DNA of 61,869 nt, filler included, from Gonapodya sp. JEL0774 (GCA_027604505.1; 24 parts of 24 records of this genome joined end to end with filler, not necessarily neighbours in it), one strand, 5' to 3'. Counted from the whole stretch's first letter, positions 38,157 through 50,825 are shown. Translations and numbers: made by a program. Notes: generated by a model from the letters alone, not told the origin.

Positions 38157-38726
38157 TTGGTGCATTGTAAAGAAGGATGGGTGGCACGTGGTTTCACAAA
38201 GCATCATGGAATTGACTTTAATGAAACATTTGCACCTGCGATGAATTCCAAAGAGGGTCACATTCTCCTTGCTCTTGCTGCTGAATGGGATGACAAAATC
38301 ACTCAATTGGACATATCAAATGCTTTTCTAAATGGCAACTTGGAAGAAAAGGTCTACCTTGAACAACCTCATGGATTTGGACAAGGTGGGAGCCTTGTTT
38401 GCAGACTTTTGAAATCCCTCTATGGATTGAAGCAGCTGGCAAATGTTTAGTTCAAGGACCTCTCTCACACATTGATACACAAGATGCATTTCAAACAGAT
38501 CCAGTCAGTCCCTGTTGTGTTTCTCAAGGAACTCAAATACGGGAAAGATCATTGCAGGAGGACATGTTGATGATTTTGTCTGCATTGCTCCAGACAGCAA
38601 AAGTACTGATGAATTAAAACAGGAACTTGCACAGTACTACAAGAGCAAATTTGGTGATTCAGATGTCTTCTTTGGTGTGGAAGCAAGGCAGGCCCCGCAA
38701 ACAGAAACCATTACAATCCATCACAA
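38157..38726 (+). pseudogene. Ty1/copia reverse transcriptase relic
   Basis: WVARGF...GIDFNETFAP, QLDISNAFLNG.LEE.VYLEQP.GF, LLKSLYGLKQ and HVDD; in-frame stop at 38450 and a frameshift. Confidence 0.93.
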
Positions 38727-38826
38727 NNNNNNNNNNNNNNNNNNNNNNNNNNNNNNNNNNNNNNNNNNNNTTAATTAATTAANNNNNNNNNNNNNNNNNN
38801 NNNNNNNNNNNNNNNNNNNNNNNNNN

Positions 38827-39216
38827 CCGCCCCTTGAGCACTTGCTCGACTATTTCGGGATCGATCACAGAGATCGTGTCCGTTTTCACCCTTTTGCATT
38901 GTAACAAAGCCAAGATCGAGTGAAAAGTCAGACATTCCGCTGGTTTAAACGAAGCAAAAGCAACCGTCAATTGTTTGACGCACGTGATGATGCTCCCATG
39001 CGCTTTATGAGCCTCGAACTCGTCCGCAAACCCCTTTCCCATTAGTAACGCGAGAATTCCGGTCCATGGAAACCACCTCGTCCATTTGTCTGTGGGAATG
39101 ACCCGCAGAGGATTGAAGTACCACCATTCGAACAGCTGTAGCGCCAGCCAAGCTCCCATGAAAAGAGCCACGGCCGAGAGGATATTGGACAGCGAGAAAA
39201 GACCACTTCCGAGCAT
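38827..39216 (-). CDS. Cytochrome P450, N-terminal part
   Basis: N-terminal TM anchor, YFNPLRVIP hinge, HKAHGSII and TISVIDPE.V.QVL, typical of fungal CYP N-termini; the heme motif is not in the contig. Confidence 0.7.
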
Positions 39217-39455
39217 TGCGGCAGGTTGTTTGATTTGAACGGGGGACAGTGAATTTGTATATATTGAAACCCAATATATCACGAAACTAAAGGGGCTTTT
39301 ACTTATTTTCCTTCCTGTAAAACAAGAGTGAACACTCTCTAGTATCGCACCGTAAAAGCATGTTTACATCTATCGTATACAAACCGGACATTTCGGGTGC
39401 ATGGACTGTTATACTGCCTTGACGATCTTCAGACGATCTTCCCCACCTATTCTCA

Positions 39456-41129
39456 CTACACCTCCACGAAGCCAAAACTAATTCGAGTCGTCGTTCTCAC
39501 ATCTTCGCACTCCCCCGGTCGTTCCGTCTGCGCTCCGCGGCGAGGACCGCCCGGTCCGAGGCACGGTTGAGCATGCGGAGGAAGCTTGTGTGGGCACACG
39601 GTGATGGGTGGAATGGAAGAGGGCCAGACAGACGACGAGGGGTACAAGGCGGATGAGAGGATGGATTGCGAGGTGACGTTTTAGGTGGAAGCGTACACAG
39701 GTTACGGTCAACAACACATCACGAGCCACAATAGCACGGGAGTGCCGCCACTACTCACGATTCCACGTCCTGGGCGCCCACCATGGTGAAGCGGATGAGC
39801 GGATCCTCCAGGTCCAGGGCCGAGTTTAAAGTGGTTGGAGTACTCGAAGTTGTGGATGCGGAGGAGGGAGTGAAGGTGAAGACGAACCTAGAATCGTGGC
39901 ACCGTGTGAGCGGCATTTCGGGGGGAGAGTGATGGGTGCGATGAGACCCGGGAAGTGGGGCGAATGAGTTGGTTCGCTCTATTGTGAATGTAATTGCGTA
40001 AATTCATCGGCACTCCAGCCGCAATGATGGCAGCTTAGCATCCCGCCAAATCGTCCACTTCTGCTTCATCAATGCCACATTATTGTACCTTCCGGTTCGG
40101 CCCCACCAAGTACTTACCAAGGCACACCTGTCACTTCCCGGTCTTCTCTTGCCTCTGTCTCCCGCTTTTCCAGCTCGTCCCCTGCCTTCTTCCTGCTCCA
40201 CGCCTCCCTCCCTACATTTTTGGGTATGCCAACCGACTCTGCGATTTCAGAAAGTACCGCGGTGTCGGAGATGTCCCGGCGGACGGCAAACTGAGCGGAG
40301 AGGAGTGAGGTAACGAGAGATGGGAGAAGCGGGTGATAGAGAGGATGGAGGGAAAGATGGTGGAGGAGTAGGTGGGCGTTCGTGGTGTCAGTAGGAGAGG
40401 CAGGGGCCTTCGACGGTACGTTAGTTGACGGTGGAGGTAGCTGGAATGGTATATAAGGGATAGTGGCTCCGAATGCACAATTCTTTAAGCTCAGCGAACA
40501 GTGCGGATAACATACGGGTAAACCCTCCTCCTCGATCTCCTGTCGGACCCGCTTTCCCTTGTCGCGACGAAGAGCCGCTTCTTCTGGGTCAGAGGCAGAG
40601 TCAGAGGAGGAAAGAGGCCGTGGAGGGGATGAACGACGTTGATAGGGGTCAACGAAAAATGCTGGTTGGTGAGTGTTCATGGTTTTTGGTTGAGATGGGT
40701 GTTTTGACCGATGAGGAACGACGACGGAGCAGAAGACAAGCCAGTACAAAAACATACGATGGAAATTGATTGATATCTGGGACTTTGGGAAATTGAGTTG
40801 TGAGATTGCCTTGTCTTGATGGGAGCAGATCCGATAATGCCAGAAGGAATCGGTAGCAACGGGCCGATCAGGAGAAAGACCAATAATGCCATCGTTAGCG
40901 GCCAAGTCAGACAAGAAAAGGTGACGACTGAACATGCGCAGTACCGAATCTGTATTTTCCGACTGAACCGGAAGAGAAACGGAGGGAGAATGAGCGAATA
41001 GCGTTGGTCTGTAACCGGCAAGTGTGAATGGACAATTGAGCACGCACGATAGCACCAGGGACAGGAAATGTCGATCCAGATGTCGACGTGCAGATGAAGA
41101 GAGTCGCGTGTCAGCGGCGATGCCGTCAT
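39456..41129 (-). CDS. FrnE/DsbA-family thioredoxin-fold oxidoreductase, multi-exon (exon limits uncertain)
   Basis: VDIWIDISCPWCY, PFQL, DTTNAHLLL, DISDTAVLSEIAESVG, VTGVPW|FVF and VGAQD. Confidence 0.82.
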
Positions 41130-41687
41130 GATTGCGTGGAGGGAAAGGTTGGCGGTGTTGTTCTCCAAATGGTGACCGCAGTTCAGATTTACCAGGGTTG
41201 CAGTCAGGACTCTGCTTCGAGACGGAGCAGGAGAACGAAGAAAAGGCGGCGGATCTTCAAAGAAACTGAGAAGAATATTAAATCTGGACTTGGAATTACG
41301 GACANNNNNNNNNNNNNNNNNNNNNNNNNNNNNNNNNNNNNNNNNNNNTTAATTAATTAANNNNNNNNNNNNNNNNNNNNNNNNNNNNNNNNNNNNNNNN
41401 NNNNGTGTTTCAACAGCCAAGGAAACTCGGACGACAAGGGCAGTGCAAAATGTTGAATACATTCAGCATTGATTTGGAGGGAAATTGAAACTCTGTACGT
41501 CCGGGGTCAGTCTTGCGAGTGGGATTTCTACAACCACTGTACTACGTAGAATAGTAGATTGCCCTCTACTAGCATATGCATTGCTCTAGCATTGTCGTTG
41601 TTCCCATGTGTTCCTCTGTTCATCTCGACACGGCAGTGCTTTGGGGTTGGAGTGAAACCACGATCACGTGCATAGATGTGAACGGAC

Positions 41688-43878
41688 ATGGAAACACATA
41701 TATCACGCCAAAAAAATCCAAGACTTCACAATACCAAAACGATTTTAGATTTCGTTCGTACGATGGCGACAGGCTCAAAGCAACCCAACCCGATCTCGCC
41801 GCTACCACGGCGGACATCCCAGCTCAACATGAACCTCCTACTTACCCCTGTGGATGTTTCGGTATCACCTGCGACCGGACCAGATGCTCAATCAGCCACG
41901 GGATCTCAAGCAAAACAATCAGCTGTCTTGATTGCCGATGGACACCTGCCAAAATCGGCCTCCGTCCCGCTGACTCAGACCCCACAGGACAACGGAATCC
42001 GCGGAGGCCCGGCCCATGAACTGGAGAGGGAACAAGGCATACCGATCGTTCCTAGCACGCGAGAACAATTGCAGCGATCCGTTGACTCTTTGAATGATGA
42101 GCCCTCGCTTCCGGCTTCCCTATCACATTTGGAGCATTTGCGCAATACTCACATCTCACCGCCAATCCAAATCCACTCACCCTCACTGATGCCCCCCCGA
42201 AGAAGCCCATCGCCAGCACCTGCTAATGCTCTGGCGCCACTGGTGGGGTCAGACTGGTGGGGTTCCGGCAGAAAGTCCTGGTTCGAGCTTGCCAACGATG
42301 TCAGTCGAGCTCTCTCCCCGGCTGGTTCGTCTTCGCCTCAGTCGCGGAGAAATTCTCCCAGCCCTCACAGAAAGAGCCGCCAATCTTTTTCACGCGAAAG
42401 TCTCGTTGGCTCCGACCAAAGCCTGCAACTTCCCCCGGACGCCTCGACGTCTCCGCGTCGAAATTCCACTCCCGCCCTCGATCCCTCAGAATTAGCAGCT
42501 CTTCGAAGTACTCTCGAATTCTATGATGAGTATCGTAGGCACAATCTTAATCTGCATGATCTGCCGGAGGAAGGGGGACCTGTGTATCTGGATCCAGCTG
42601 CAGTCGTGCAAGAGGTTGAAGATGCTACATCATCGGCTGGTGACTCATCTGAGAGTCGAAAAGCGGCATCTGAGAGGAGACGGAGTGTTTGGAAGGAGGC
42701 ATCAGATTCCTTCAAAGCGTCGTCGTGGGCCGCCAACGGCACGATCAGCGGAGACGGCTCACTTTCGAAATCGCAGAATGGCGGGGCGAAGAGGGGCTGG
42801 TTCGACTTTGACTTTGATCTCGTCTTAGATAGTGATGTTCTTAGCCGTAGACCGGCACACGAACGGAAGTTCCTGGGCGAGTACTCCGAATCCATTCTGC
42901 GACGAGCGTGTCACGACATGGGTCTCGACGATGAGCTTGCCAAGCAAGGGTACACACGCTTGGTACTTCGAATCGACGACAAGGACGCGTTTGTGCACCG
43001 TCTCACCATCACCGACGAAAGTCTCTTCGAGGGAGAATGGGAGAAGCACGGACGCAAGACACCGGGAGCCAGTGGTCTGGATGGCAAAGAAATCGACCTC
43101 AAAACTTTTGCTCAATCTGCACCGTTGCGTGACGATAATTATCTCGTGGTGAGTCTTGTTTTGTGATGTGTGCTTGTGGAATTCAAGAAACTTTACGGGC
43201 ATTCTCGATTATCACTTTCAGGACATGTTCGTCCGTATCTCTTCGCTCTCCCTCACTTCCTTCAAATCTTACCAACAACTCCTCCGCTTACGTTCTCAAC
43301 CCTCGGACGCAAGTTTCCTTCTCCACTCACTCTCCCCCGAATCTCACTATGCACCGCTCATGGATCTACCGGTCGACCAAATCAGCGAAGTGATTGCATT
43401 CATGGAGAAAGAACTCGGGGGTAGCTCACAACAACAGCAGAGCGAGAAATATACGGAGGTAAGCTGGCTCAGCTGCCAGAACCCACGAGTTGGATGGGTG
43501 CGCAATGTCGTGGAGAGACCTGGAAGCAAATCACCTGGAGTGGAAACGAACTCGAGTGGCGAGGATGAGGCCCCCAACTCTGGATCCACGCTCATGTCTG
43601 AAAGTGTGTACAAGAAGCGCCGCCCGTCAAAGGCAAGTCTCAGGGCCCCTCTGCCGGGACAGAAGCATCCAGGATCTGGTGTAGCGAAGCGAATTACCTT
43701 TATGCTGGTCAGCTTTGTGAGATGGCGAGGTGAGTTCACCAACGACTTGGTGTCATTTGCTCTCCTTAAACAAAATTGCTTGGACGTACTCAGGGAGAGC
43801 TGCCCTCATAAACACCCCCGAATACTGGCACAACGCTTTTCTCTACTGGCATAAGGGATTCATGTTCCTGAATCCTGC
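41688..43878 (+). CDS. Uncharacterised protein: disordered N-terminus plus a conserved globular domain (WLxxQNP...LPGQxHPGxG...PEYWHNA); 3' truncated
   Basis: 492-aa and ~160-aa exons plus a third exon; motifs KFLGEYS, EVSWLSCQNP, PLPGQKHPGSG and NTPEYWHNAFLY...FMFLNP. Confidence 0.8.
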
Positions 43879-43978
43879 NNNNNNNNNNNNNNNNNNNNNN
43901 NNNNNNNNNNNNNNNNNNNNNNTTAATTAATTAANNNNNNNNNNNNNNNNNNNNNNNNNNNNNNNNNNNNNNNNNNNN

Positions 43979-44636
43979 TACTGCGAGGTGGAAGGCTGTG
44001 AGCGGGGGTACTCTACCGTGAACGGGCTCAAGTACCACCAGCAGGTACGTACGTCGTACGACGTGCGTTTGGTTTCGCTCCTGTAGCTCACCTCACATCA
44101 CCTCACCTCCCAAAAGCACGGCCACCCGCCGGACCTAGGCTCCCCTCTCCTCAACGACCTGGTGTACAAGCCGTACGTGTGTGACGTGCCCGGGTGTGGA
44201 AAGAGGTACAGGAACAAAAACGGGTTGGCCTACCATTGGGAGCACGGTACGTACGCTGTGGGTGGACGAGAGTGGACAGGGCATGGGGAATCGGATTGAT
44301 TTGAGTTTCGGGTTTCCGCTTGATCTAGGACACAAGGACGGCGATGGGTCGTCGGAGACCCGATCCGAGTCACGGTCTGGGTCGCCTGCAGCGTTGACGA
44401 CTCAAGCAGCACCAGCACCAGCATCAGCATCGTCTCCACCACCAGCACCGAGACCACCACCAGCACCAGCATCAACATCATCACCATCACCATCGGCCGT
44501 TGCGTCGCCTGCACGAGGAACACCGCCAGTCCACCAGCATCCATTGACAGCGTCGAATACCGGACTTGAACTTGGGTACCGGGGGTGGGGGAATGGAGAG
44601 AGATCGGGGGGAATCGGGGGGGAGAGAGTGGGGTGA
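43979..44636 (+). CDS. C2H2 zinc-finger transcription factor (Sfp1-like), 3' part
   Basis: CEVEGCERGYSTVNGLKYHQQ|HGH and KPYVCDVPGCGKRYRNKNGLAYHWEH, two introns. Confidence 0.85.
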
Positions 44637-45677
44637 AGGGGGGGTGGAGGGACAAAGCACTTGGCGGAATGCAAGGAAAGGGAACGGACTAAAGTCCATG
44701 TGGATATTTCCATAAAAGGAAACAATATTGAGAGGACCAGTTGGGTGGGGAAAGAAGGGAATCAAATAAACAAATAAATCAATTCATGTGGCGATTCCAT
44801 GCCCCCGCTGGTACCACTGGTTTTGCCCAAATCGGGCATTGTTGCAGAGCAGGAGCCAAGGGTGATCAGCGCCACCTTCCCCCTTCAGGGGTGCAACCAA
44901 GCCGGTTATTACCAAACAGAAACACGCGTTGCGCGCCCCAGAAATCGGACCAGAAGCTCCACACGCGGGGAGTGAATCCTTTCGGTTTCTGGGCAAAGCG
45001 GAAAAAGGCAGAGCTGTAGCGTTGGTACAGCGGAGCCGGCAGCGAGTGGAGACAAAGTGGAGGGACAAAGAGAGACCGAGGAGTTTGGAGAGGTGGGTTT
45101 GTCAGACTGGATTGCGGGGAGGGCAGGAGAAACGGGGGATGAGGTGGAGGAGGGGAATTGAAGGGGATGAAGCGGGAAGCGGAGGAGGGGAGGAGGGGAG
45201 GCCATGGGAAGCCGTGGCTGGAACCAGAGCTGTTTGTCGCGTCTGCAAACACCGCACCAGGACGGACACGGAATGAATGGACAGTTGGAGTTTCCACGGG
45301 GGATTTTGTCTCTCTTTTGTCTTGTTTGCCCTGTTTGCTCTCTTGTTCTCGTTGAGTCGCTGAAATTTGCGGTCCCCATGAGCGCAGTGTTGTATGCCCC
45401 GTCCAACCCGCACTCACCCGCTCTCTCTGTCCCCTTCTCCCCCTTCTCCCCACCCATCATTCCCCCACTCTCCCCCTGTGCGACCAAAGCCGCCACACTG
45501 GGTTCTTCCCTCTCTTCTCATAAACACAAATACCCGTCATACCCATCCCACCCATCTCACCCTGCATCCCACTCCTGCTCTCCCTCTTCCCCACCCCCAA
45601 CTCACACAAAAAATTTCCTGCACTCATTCCCCACCCCCTCGCACTCCTCTTCTTCCCATTCTCCAATCTCCAATTCC

Positions 45678-46452
45678 ATGCTCAACGGCCTCGCATCTCC
45701 GATTCCTCCCTCCTCCTCTTCCCCAACCTCTCCCCCTACCAACTCTCCCCGTCCTCCTTCCCGTCCCTCTTCTCGCCCTTCAACTCCTGACGGCCCTCCA
45801 CCAAACTCCTTCGCGAACCCGAACCTCAACCAGGCCCCACTGCCACAAACGCAGGCCCAAGCCACCTCCTCCACCTCCTCCAACAACAACAACGTGGAGA
45901 GATCGTCGCTCAGGGCGTATTATGCCACGCTCGAGGGGGCCACCGCCACCGGAAGTGGCGGAGGTGGAGGTGGAGGGGGTGGGATGGCGGGAGCGCTCCA
46001 GGGGCTGGGACAGCAGGTGAGGCTGTGGCAGAGGACAAGGGAGACGAGAGATGGGAGAGAAATAGTGTCGACCTTTGCGAGCGGGAGCGAAGCGAGCACC
46101 TGCGCCGACCGATAATGGGAGAGGAGAGCGTTTTGCTACCACCTATCATCCTAGGGGGCGCGTGTGTGTGTCCGTGACATGTCTGCCCACTCTCACACCT
46201 CCCCCTCCTCCCCTCCTCCACTTCCCCCTCACCAGTCCCGCCCCACCCCACCAACCACAACCACCACCACCCAACCCACTCACAACAACCCCCTCCTCAA
46301 ACACTCCATCCCCCTCCTGGTTCCTTACGGCCAACCAGGCACCCAGCAACCTCCCAACCCGTTCTGGGCGATGTTTGGCGCCGCGGGGACCGAGCAGGTC
46401 CAAGGTAGCGGTTCCGGGTACACATCGTTCCCCCCACCCCCATCCGCCAGTA
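45678..46452 (+). CDS. N-terminus of a Pro/Ser/Gly-rich protein of unknown function
   Basis: ATG after a pyrimidine-rich leader; CAG|GTGAGG donor at ~46016; downstream exon ending NPFWAMFG. Confidence 0.5.
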
Positions 46453-46596
46453 NNNNNNNNNNNNNNNNNNNNNNNNNNNNNNNNNNNNNNNNNNNNTTAA
46501 TTAATTAANNNNNNNNNNNNNNNNNNNNNNNNNNNNNNNNNNNNNNNNNNNNTTTTACGTCTCTTGATGTGAATGTGCTTCACCTTTGCCTTCAGC

Positions 46597-47190
46597 GATT
46601 TGGACACCGCCGACCACCACCGTCAGCAGTCTACCCATCAAGCTCCCCAACCACCTGTCTCCTCAACCCCTCCACCCGTCGTCGATTATTTACAAAGTCC
46701 AGCCATGGGACCCACGCCATACGGAACTCCCAATCAGTCGCAATTTGGCTCCGTGAACCAACGGTTGAGCACCTTCCCAAACCAAGCAGATCCTGACCAA
46801 CAGCCAACCAACACGGTCGGGCCGTCTCAACAGCAGTTGCAGCATCAGTCACAGCAACAGCCATCCACACCCCAGCACTCATCACCTGTGTCCCCACGTA
46901 CCCAGTCGCTTGACGCGGCGCGAGACACTGGTAACTATTACGAGGAGCCGCAAGTAACGATGGCCAGACAAGCTGCCATGAACCGCATGTCGTGGTTTGA
47001 ACGGCCTAGCAGCACATTCAGTGGAGGCAACATGTTTGGTGGAGGACTAGGAGGTCAAGGACATGTCGCCGCCGCGGCCGGCCCCGGTCCTGCGGCGAGC
47101 GCCATGTTGTCGGGTTTGAAGAGTCCAACGCCCACACCGGAAATGGGACAACGGCCTTCGTACGGAACGAAGGGGCGAGCGTGGGATTAA
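46597..47190 (+). CDS. Last exon of a Pro/Gln-rich protein of unknown function
   Basis: Acceptor TTCAG near 46596 followed by about 197 open codons. Confidence 0.6.
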   Translation, partial: DLDTADHHRQQSTHQAPQPPVSSTPPPVVDYLQSPAMGPTPYGTPNQSQFGSVNQRLSTFPNQADPDQQPTNTVGPSQQQLQHQSQQQPSTPQHSSPVSPRTQSLDAARDTGNYYEEPQVTMARQAAMNRMSWFERPSSTFSGGNMFGGGLGGQGHVAAAAGPGPAASAMLSGLKSPTPTPEMGQRPSYGTKGRAWD

Positions 47191-47653
47191 GACTAACTGG
47201 AATGGCTTTTTAAATCTTCTAATACGTCAAGGGAGACGGTTTGCGCGGGTCGCTATAGATATCTCTGATTAGAAATCGGTGGCATGTTGCCGGGTTCGTG
47301 CAAGACAGGTTGGGCGGCCACATCTTGGGTAATTATGTAACACTACGATGTAAGCGTGCAACCACACGGTTACGGGACGGTACAATGTATTCATGTTTTT
47401 TTGGTCATTTGTGAGCGGACATGTGAGAAGGCGCTTATACCGGATTACTTTGATCTATTATGCTGGCGGGACCGATCTCGAAGTTTGAGTTTACTTCTAA
47501 GAGTGAACTGGCTGACGAGGCAACAATTGCCCTTATCTCCATGTCTCATTTCTCCTATTCCATCCCAATGAACTCTGGATACTTTGCACCAATCATGGTT
47601 ACGTCAAATTTGACTTGATCGGCCGCCCACAGCAGAGTGAGCAAAAGAACTTC

Positions 47654-48934
47654 ATGCATGACGCCAATATGACAGACTTCAACCCGCCGTTTCCAATCCA
47701 CGCGCTCCCTCTGGAGCTGCTCATCCATATTCTGTCATTCCTTGCCCCGTTCTACTTCTTCCCATACCTTCACCTCGTTTCTCGCAAGTTTCTCGCTGCA
47801 TGCCACAGCATCTTTCCTCCAAACGAACCTCTCACAGTCGAGATCACATTAGCCATACAAAATATGGAAAACGTGCCTGGACACATGGAACCGCACTGCG
47901 GGAGCGTGTATGGCCCTTACCATCGGAGTCATGCTTCGGCCCGCAGTCAGAGAACAGCAACCGCCCAAGCACATGTGCAAGTTTCAACGAAGTATTTCTT
48001 GCAGGGGAGAACGGTTGAAGAGCTATCACATGACGTAGCCAAGGGAGTGGCTCCTCCAGGCTCTATCCTCACCAGCTATCGCAGAGGTGTCCAACCAAAG
48101 TTCCGACATCTCCGAGTGGTTGAAGTTCTCGACCATAGGGTTGCTGCCGTCTTGGACTTACTGCGGACATTGTCTTTCTCGTCGGTTCATATTGACGAGA
48201 TAGGCGGAGGTTACCCCAATGGACCAGAAAGGTCATTGGTATTTCCCTCGATCACGAATCTCTCCCTTCCCATCTTCGGAAAGATCGCCAGTGTCTTTCG
48301 CGACAAGTTCGTTGAAAACGCCTTCCCGCACTTGCGCACACTGAGGATCAAGAACACGGGAACTCCCTTCGAGTTCGGCCACCTCCTCACTATCCCCACG
48401 AACCGCGAGGCCTTCGAGAAGACTGCAGTGGAGCGATTGTTCATCCGCGCGAGATCCCGACTCAACTTGCTTCAACTCAGTGCAATCTTGAGCACGTTCC
48501 CGCACCTGATTGTGCTTGGCACATTCGAGTTACCATTTCTCATTCAGTACCGAACCTCCCCGCTCTTGGTGTATCCATCGCTTCGTGAAGTTCACCTGAC
48601 ATTTCAAGCCGGCAACGCTCAGGGAATGAATTCAATGGAGGGCCTTGCCATATTTCCAAATCTGCAGACTGTTCAGCTCCACATTCGGTCGTCCGTAACC
48701 AGACATCGGGACAGTATCCTTCAGGATAACAACACTTGGCGGTCAACATTCAAGTCCTTACCACCGAGTGTAGCATCCGTAGGTTTACGACCATGGAATG
48801 GTGAATCCCCAGTGGATCCGTTGAAGGCGTACCCGCTGATTGTGGAAGCAATACGCTCTGCCTGTTTGGACCGGGGAACAAAATTCATGGTTATGTGGGA
48901 CCCGGATGATCTACCGCTTTTTCAGGACAGTTAG
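47654..48934 (+). CDS. F-box protein with LRR-like C-terminus, intronless
   Basis: IHALPLELLIHILSFL...LHLVSRKF F-box; repeated FPxLxxLxL motifs. Confidence 0.82.
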   Translation: MHDANMTDFNPPFPIHALPLELLIHILSFLAPFYFFPYLHLVSRKFLAACHSIFPPNEPLTVEITLAIQNMENVPGHMEPHCGSVYGPYHRSHASARSQRTATAQAHVQVSTKYFLQGRTVEELSHDVAKGVAPPGSILTSYRRGVQPKFRHLRVVEVLDHRVAAVLDLLRTLSFSSVHIDEIGGGYPNGPERSLVFPSITNLSLPIFGKIASVFRDKFVENAFPHLRTLRIKNTGTPFEFGHLLTIPTNREAFEKTAVERLFIRARSRLNLLQLSAILSTFPHLIVLGTFELPFLIQYRTSPLLVYPSLREVHLTFQAGNAQGMNSMEGLAIFPNLQTVQLHIRSSVTRHRDSILQDNNTWRSTFKSLPPSVASVGLRPWNGESPVDPLKAYPLIVEAIRSACLDRGTKFMVMWDPDDLPLFQDS

Positions 48935-49124
48935 AAGATATTGCCCTGAGTTGACAATTATGTAATTACCCAGGAGGAAGAGCCCATTGTCGTGTTGTTG
49001 GTTCGCGAGGGTCACGCTAACGAGNNNNNNNNNNNNNNNNNNNNNNNNNNNNNNNNNNNNNNNNNNNNTTAATTAATTAANNNNNNNNNNNNNNNNNNNN
49101 NNNNNNNNNNNNNNNNNNNNNNNN

Positions 49125-49975
49125 CTACAGGCTATTGAAGCCAAAATATCAAGTTCGTTCTGGTCTTCAAGTGCCGGCACCTTGTATACGACAGTCAACG
49201 GACGGCAGCTGGATTCTGCAATCCCGCTCGCGATCATTCACGGCTACAATGGCGATAGCTTCTACCCTCCCACAAGTGATCAGGTACTGGCAAGCATGTA
49301 TCAGTTTGCGAAAGGCTTCAGCACCGAATACACTCTCAACGGTGGCTCGCTGGTCGATGCTGCGTCCGGACTGGGTATGTCTTACGCCATTGGCCGCTAC
49401 TATGGTGACACTTACGAGTACGTAGCATTTGCTTCGTTTGCGTTGTGGGCCTGGCTAATATCTCAGTATTTTTCTGCAGTGGTGTAGGAAACTCTAAGGG
49501 CAATCCGTGGTACCTAACCACTCTTGCGTTCGCAGAAGTCTACTACTCAGCAGCGAAAATGTTCATCGATTCCGGATCCGTTTCCGTGACGTCGGTTGGT
49601 ATCGGGTTCTTCACAGGAGCCAAACCCAGTGGTCTGGCGATCTCCTCGGCATCGTTGACAGAAGGCAGCACATACGCAAAGGTAAAACCTCCACACTCAT
49701 GAATCATAGAAATCATTAATGTGAATGCAATCTTGTCTTGCGCTTCACAGGGTACCGCTCAGTTCGATGCAATCGTCGGTGGCTTGGTGTCCTTGGGCGA
49801 CACGTACGTGCGAAGGGTAAAGCACCACGTCTCTGCGGACAATCACATCAACGAGCAATTCAATCGCGATACAGGGTTGGCGCAAGGAGTTGTTGATCTC
49901 ACGTGGTCGTACGCCGCGCTCACCACCGCAAACAACGCCCGGCAATCTGCGATGAACACAGGGTACTTTGCTTAG
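49125..49975 (+). CDS. Glucoamylase (GH15), C-terminal part
   Basis: AIGRYYGDTY, GNPWYLTTLAFAEVYY and INEQFNRDTG...DLTWSYAA catalytic-base region. Confidence 0.93.
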
Positions 49976-50825
49976 AAGACGGAGTGTGGTTAAGAGTAAC
50001 ATCTGCGCTAGAGTGTATCTATAGAAAGGATTTATGCTATCGAATGCTTGTCTGCAAATGTGGCTAATGCACTATATATGAATCCTGAAGGGCGTTTACA
50101 AAAGCCAACTCCACGTGGTGTGATGCCGATTCAAAGGTAGGTCCGAAAGATCCTGATCTGTTATTAACACGGTAGCGTTGCAACACTCCGCGTGCTGTTC
50201 TTTGTTCACTTTCACATCAAATGCTCATGAGTTACTGGAGATCATGCATGGTCTGCAAGTGCAACAACCTCGCCTAGTACATCAGCTTTTCTGCTCACGA
50301 GAAAACGGACACGACATGACTATGCCTAAAGCCCTTTCTGCTCACCAGAGGACCGGGACCTGCTGTTGCTCAGTTGACGGGACAGCTTTCCGTCTCAAAG
50401 TTGCTCATAGGTTACTAGCGACAAGTTTTTTCTTCTCCTAGTATTCCTGTCTTTATAAAATTATAACTTTGAGTTGACACCAATGTTACATAACATCCAG
50501 AAACCGGACGAACATATTCAGCGTTCGACGCTGTCCTGCAGACAAGCCCGACAGCACACAATCATACCAGTCTAACCGTACTCTCAAGGGTGCCTGTGCA
50601 CAGACGTACTGTTCCAAAGCGAGAGGACAGAGTCTGTTGCTGGTGATCCGTTTACAATCTATGTTTGGCCGAACAGGAGCTTTGATGTGAATCAATTCTC
50701 TGAAACGACCAGAAAAGAGGAAGAGCCTGAGCTGGAGAAAGCAGTGAATGCTTCCTGACACGGACCGACACAGGATTTTGCCCTGACGTGGAAGTACCGC
50801 AGCGGAAATCGTTTCTGCAAGCCAG

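Noticed and set aside
13006..41129. Two DsbA-family genes (and likewise two P-type ATPases, two GH15-fold genes) in one window suggesting a cluster
   Set aside because: They lie on different unlinked contigs, so co-occurrence is an artefact of concatenation.
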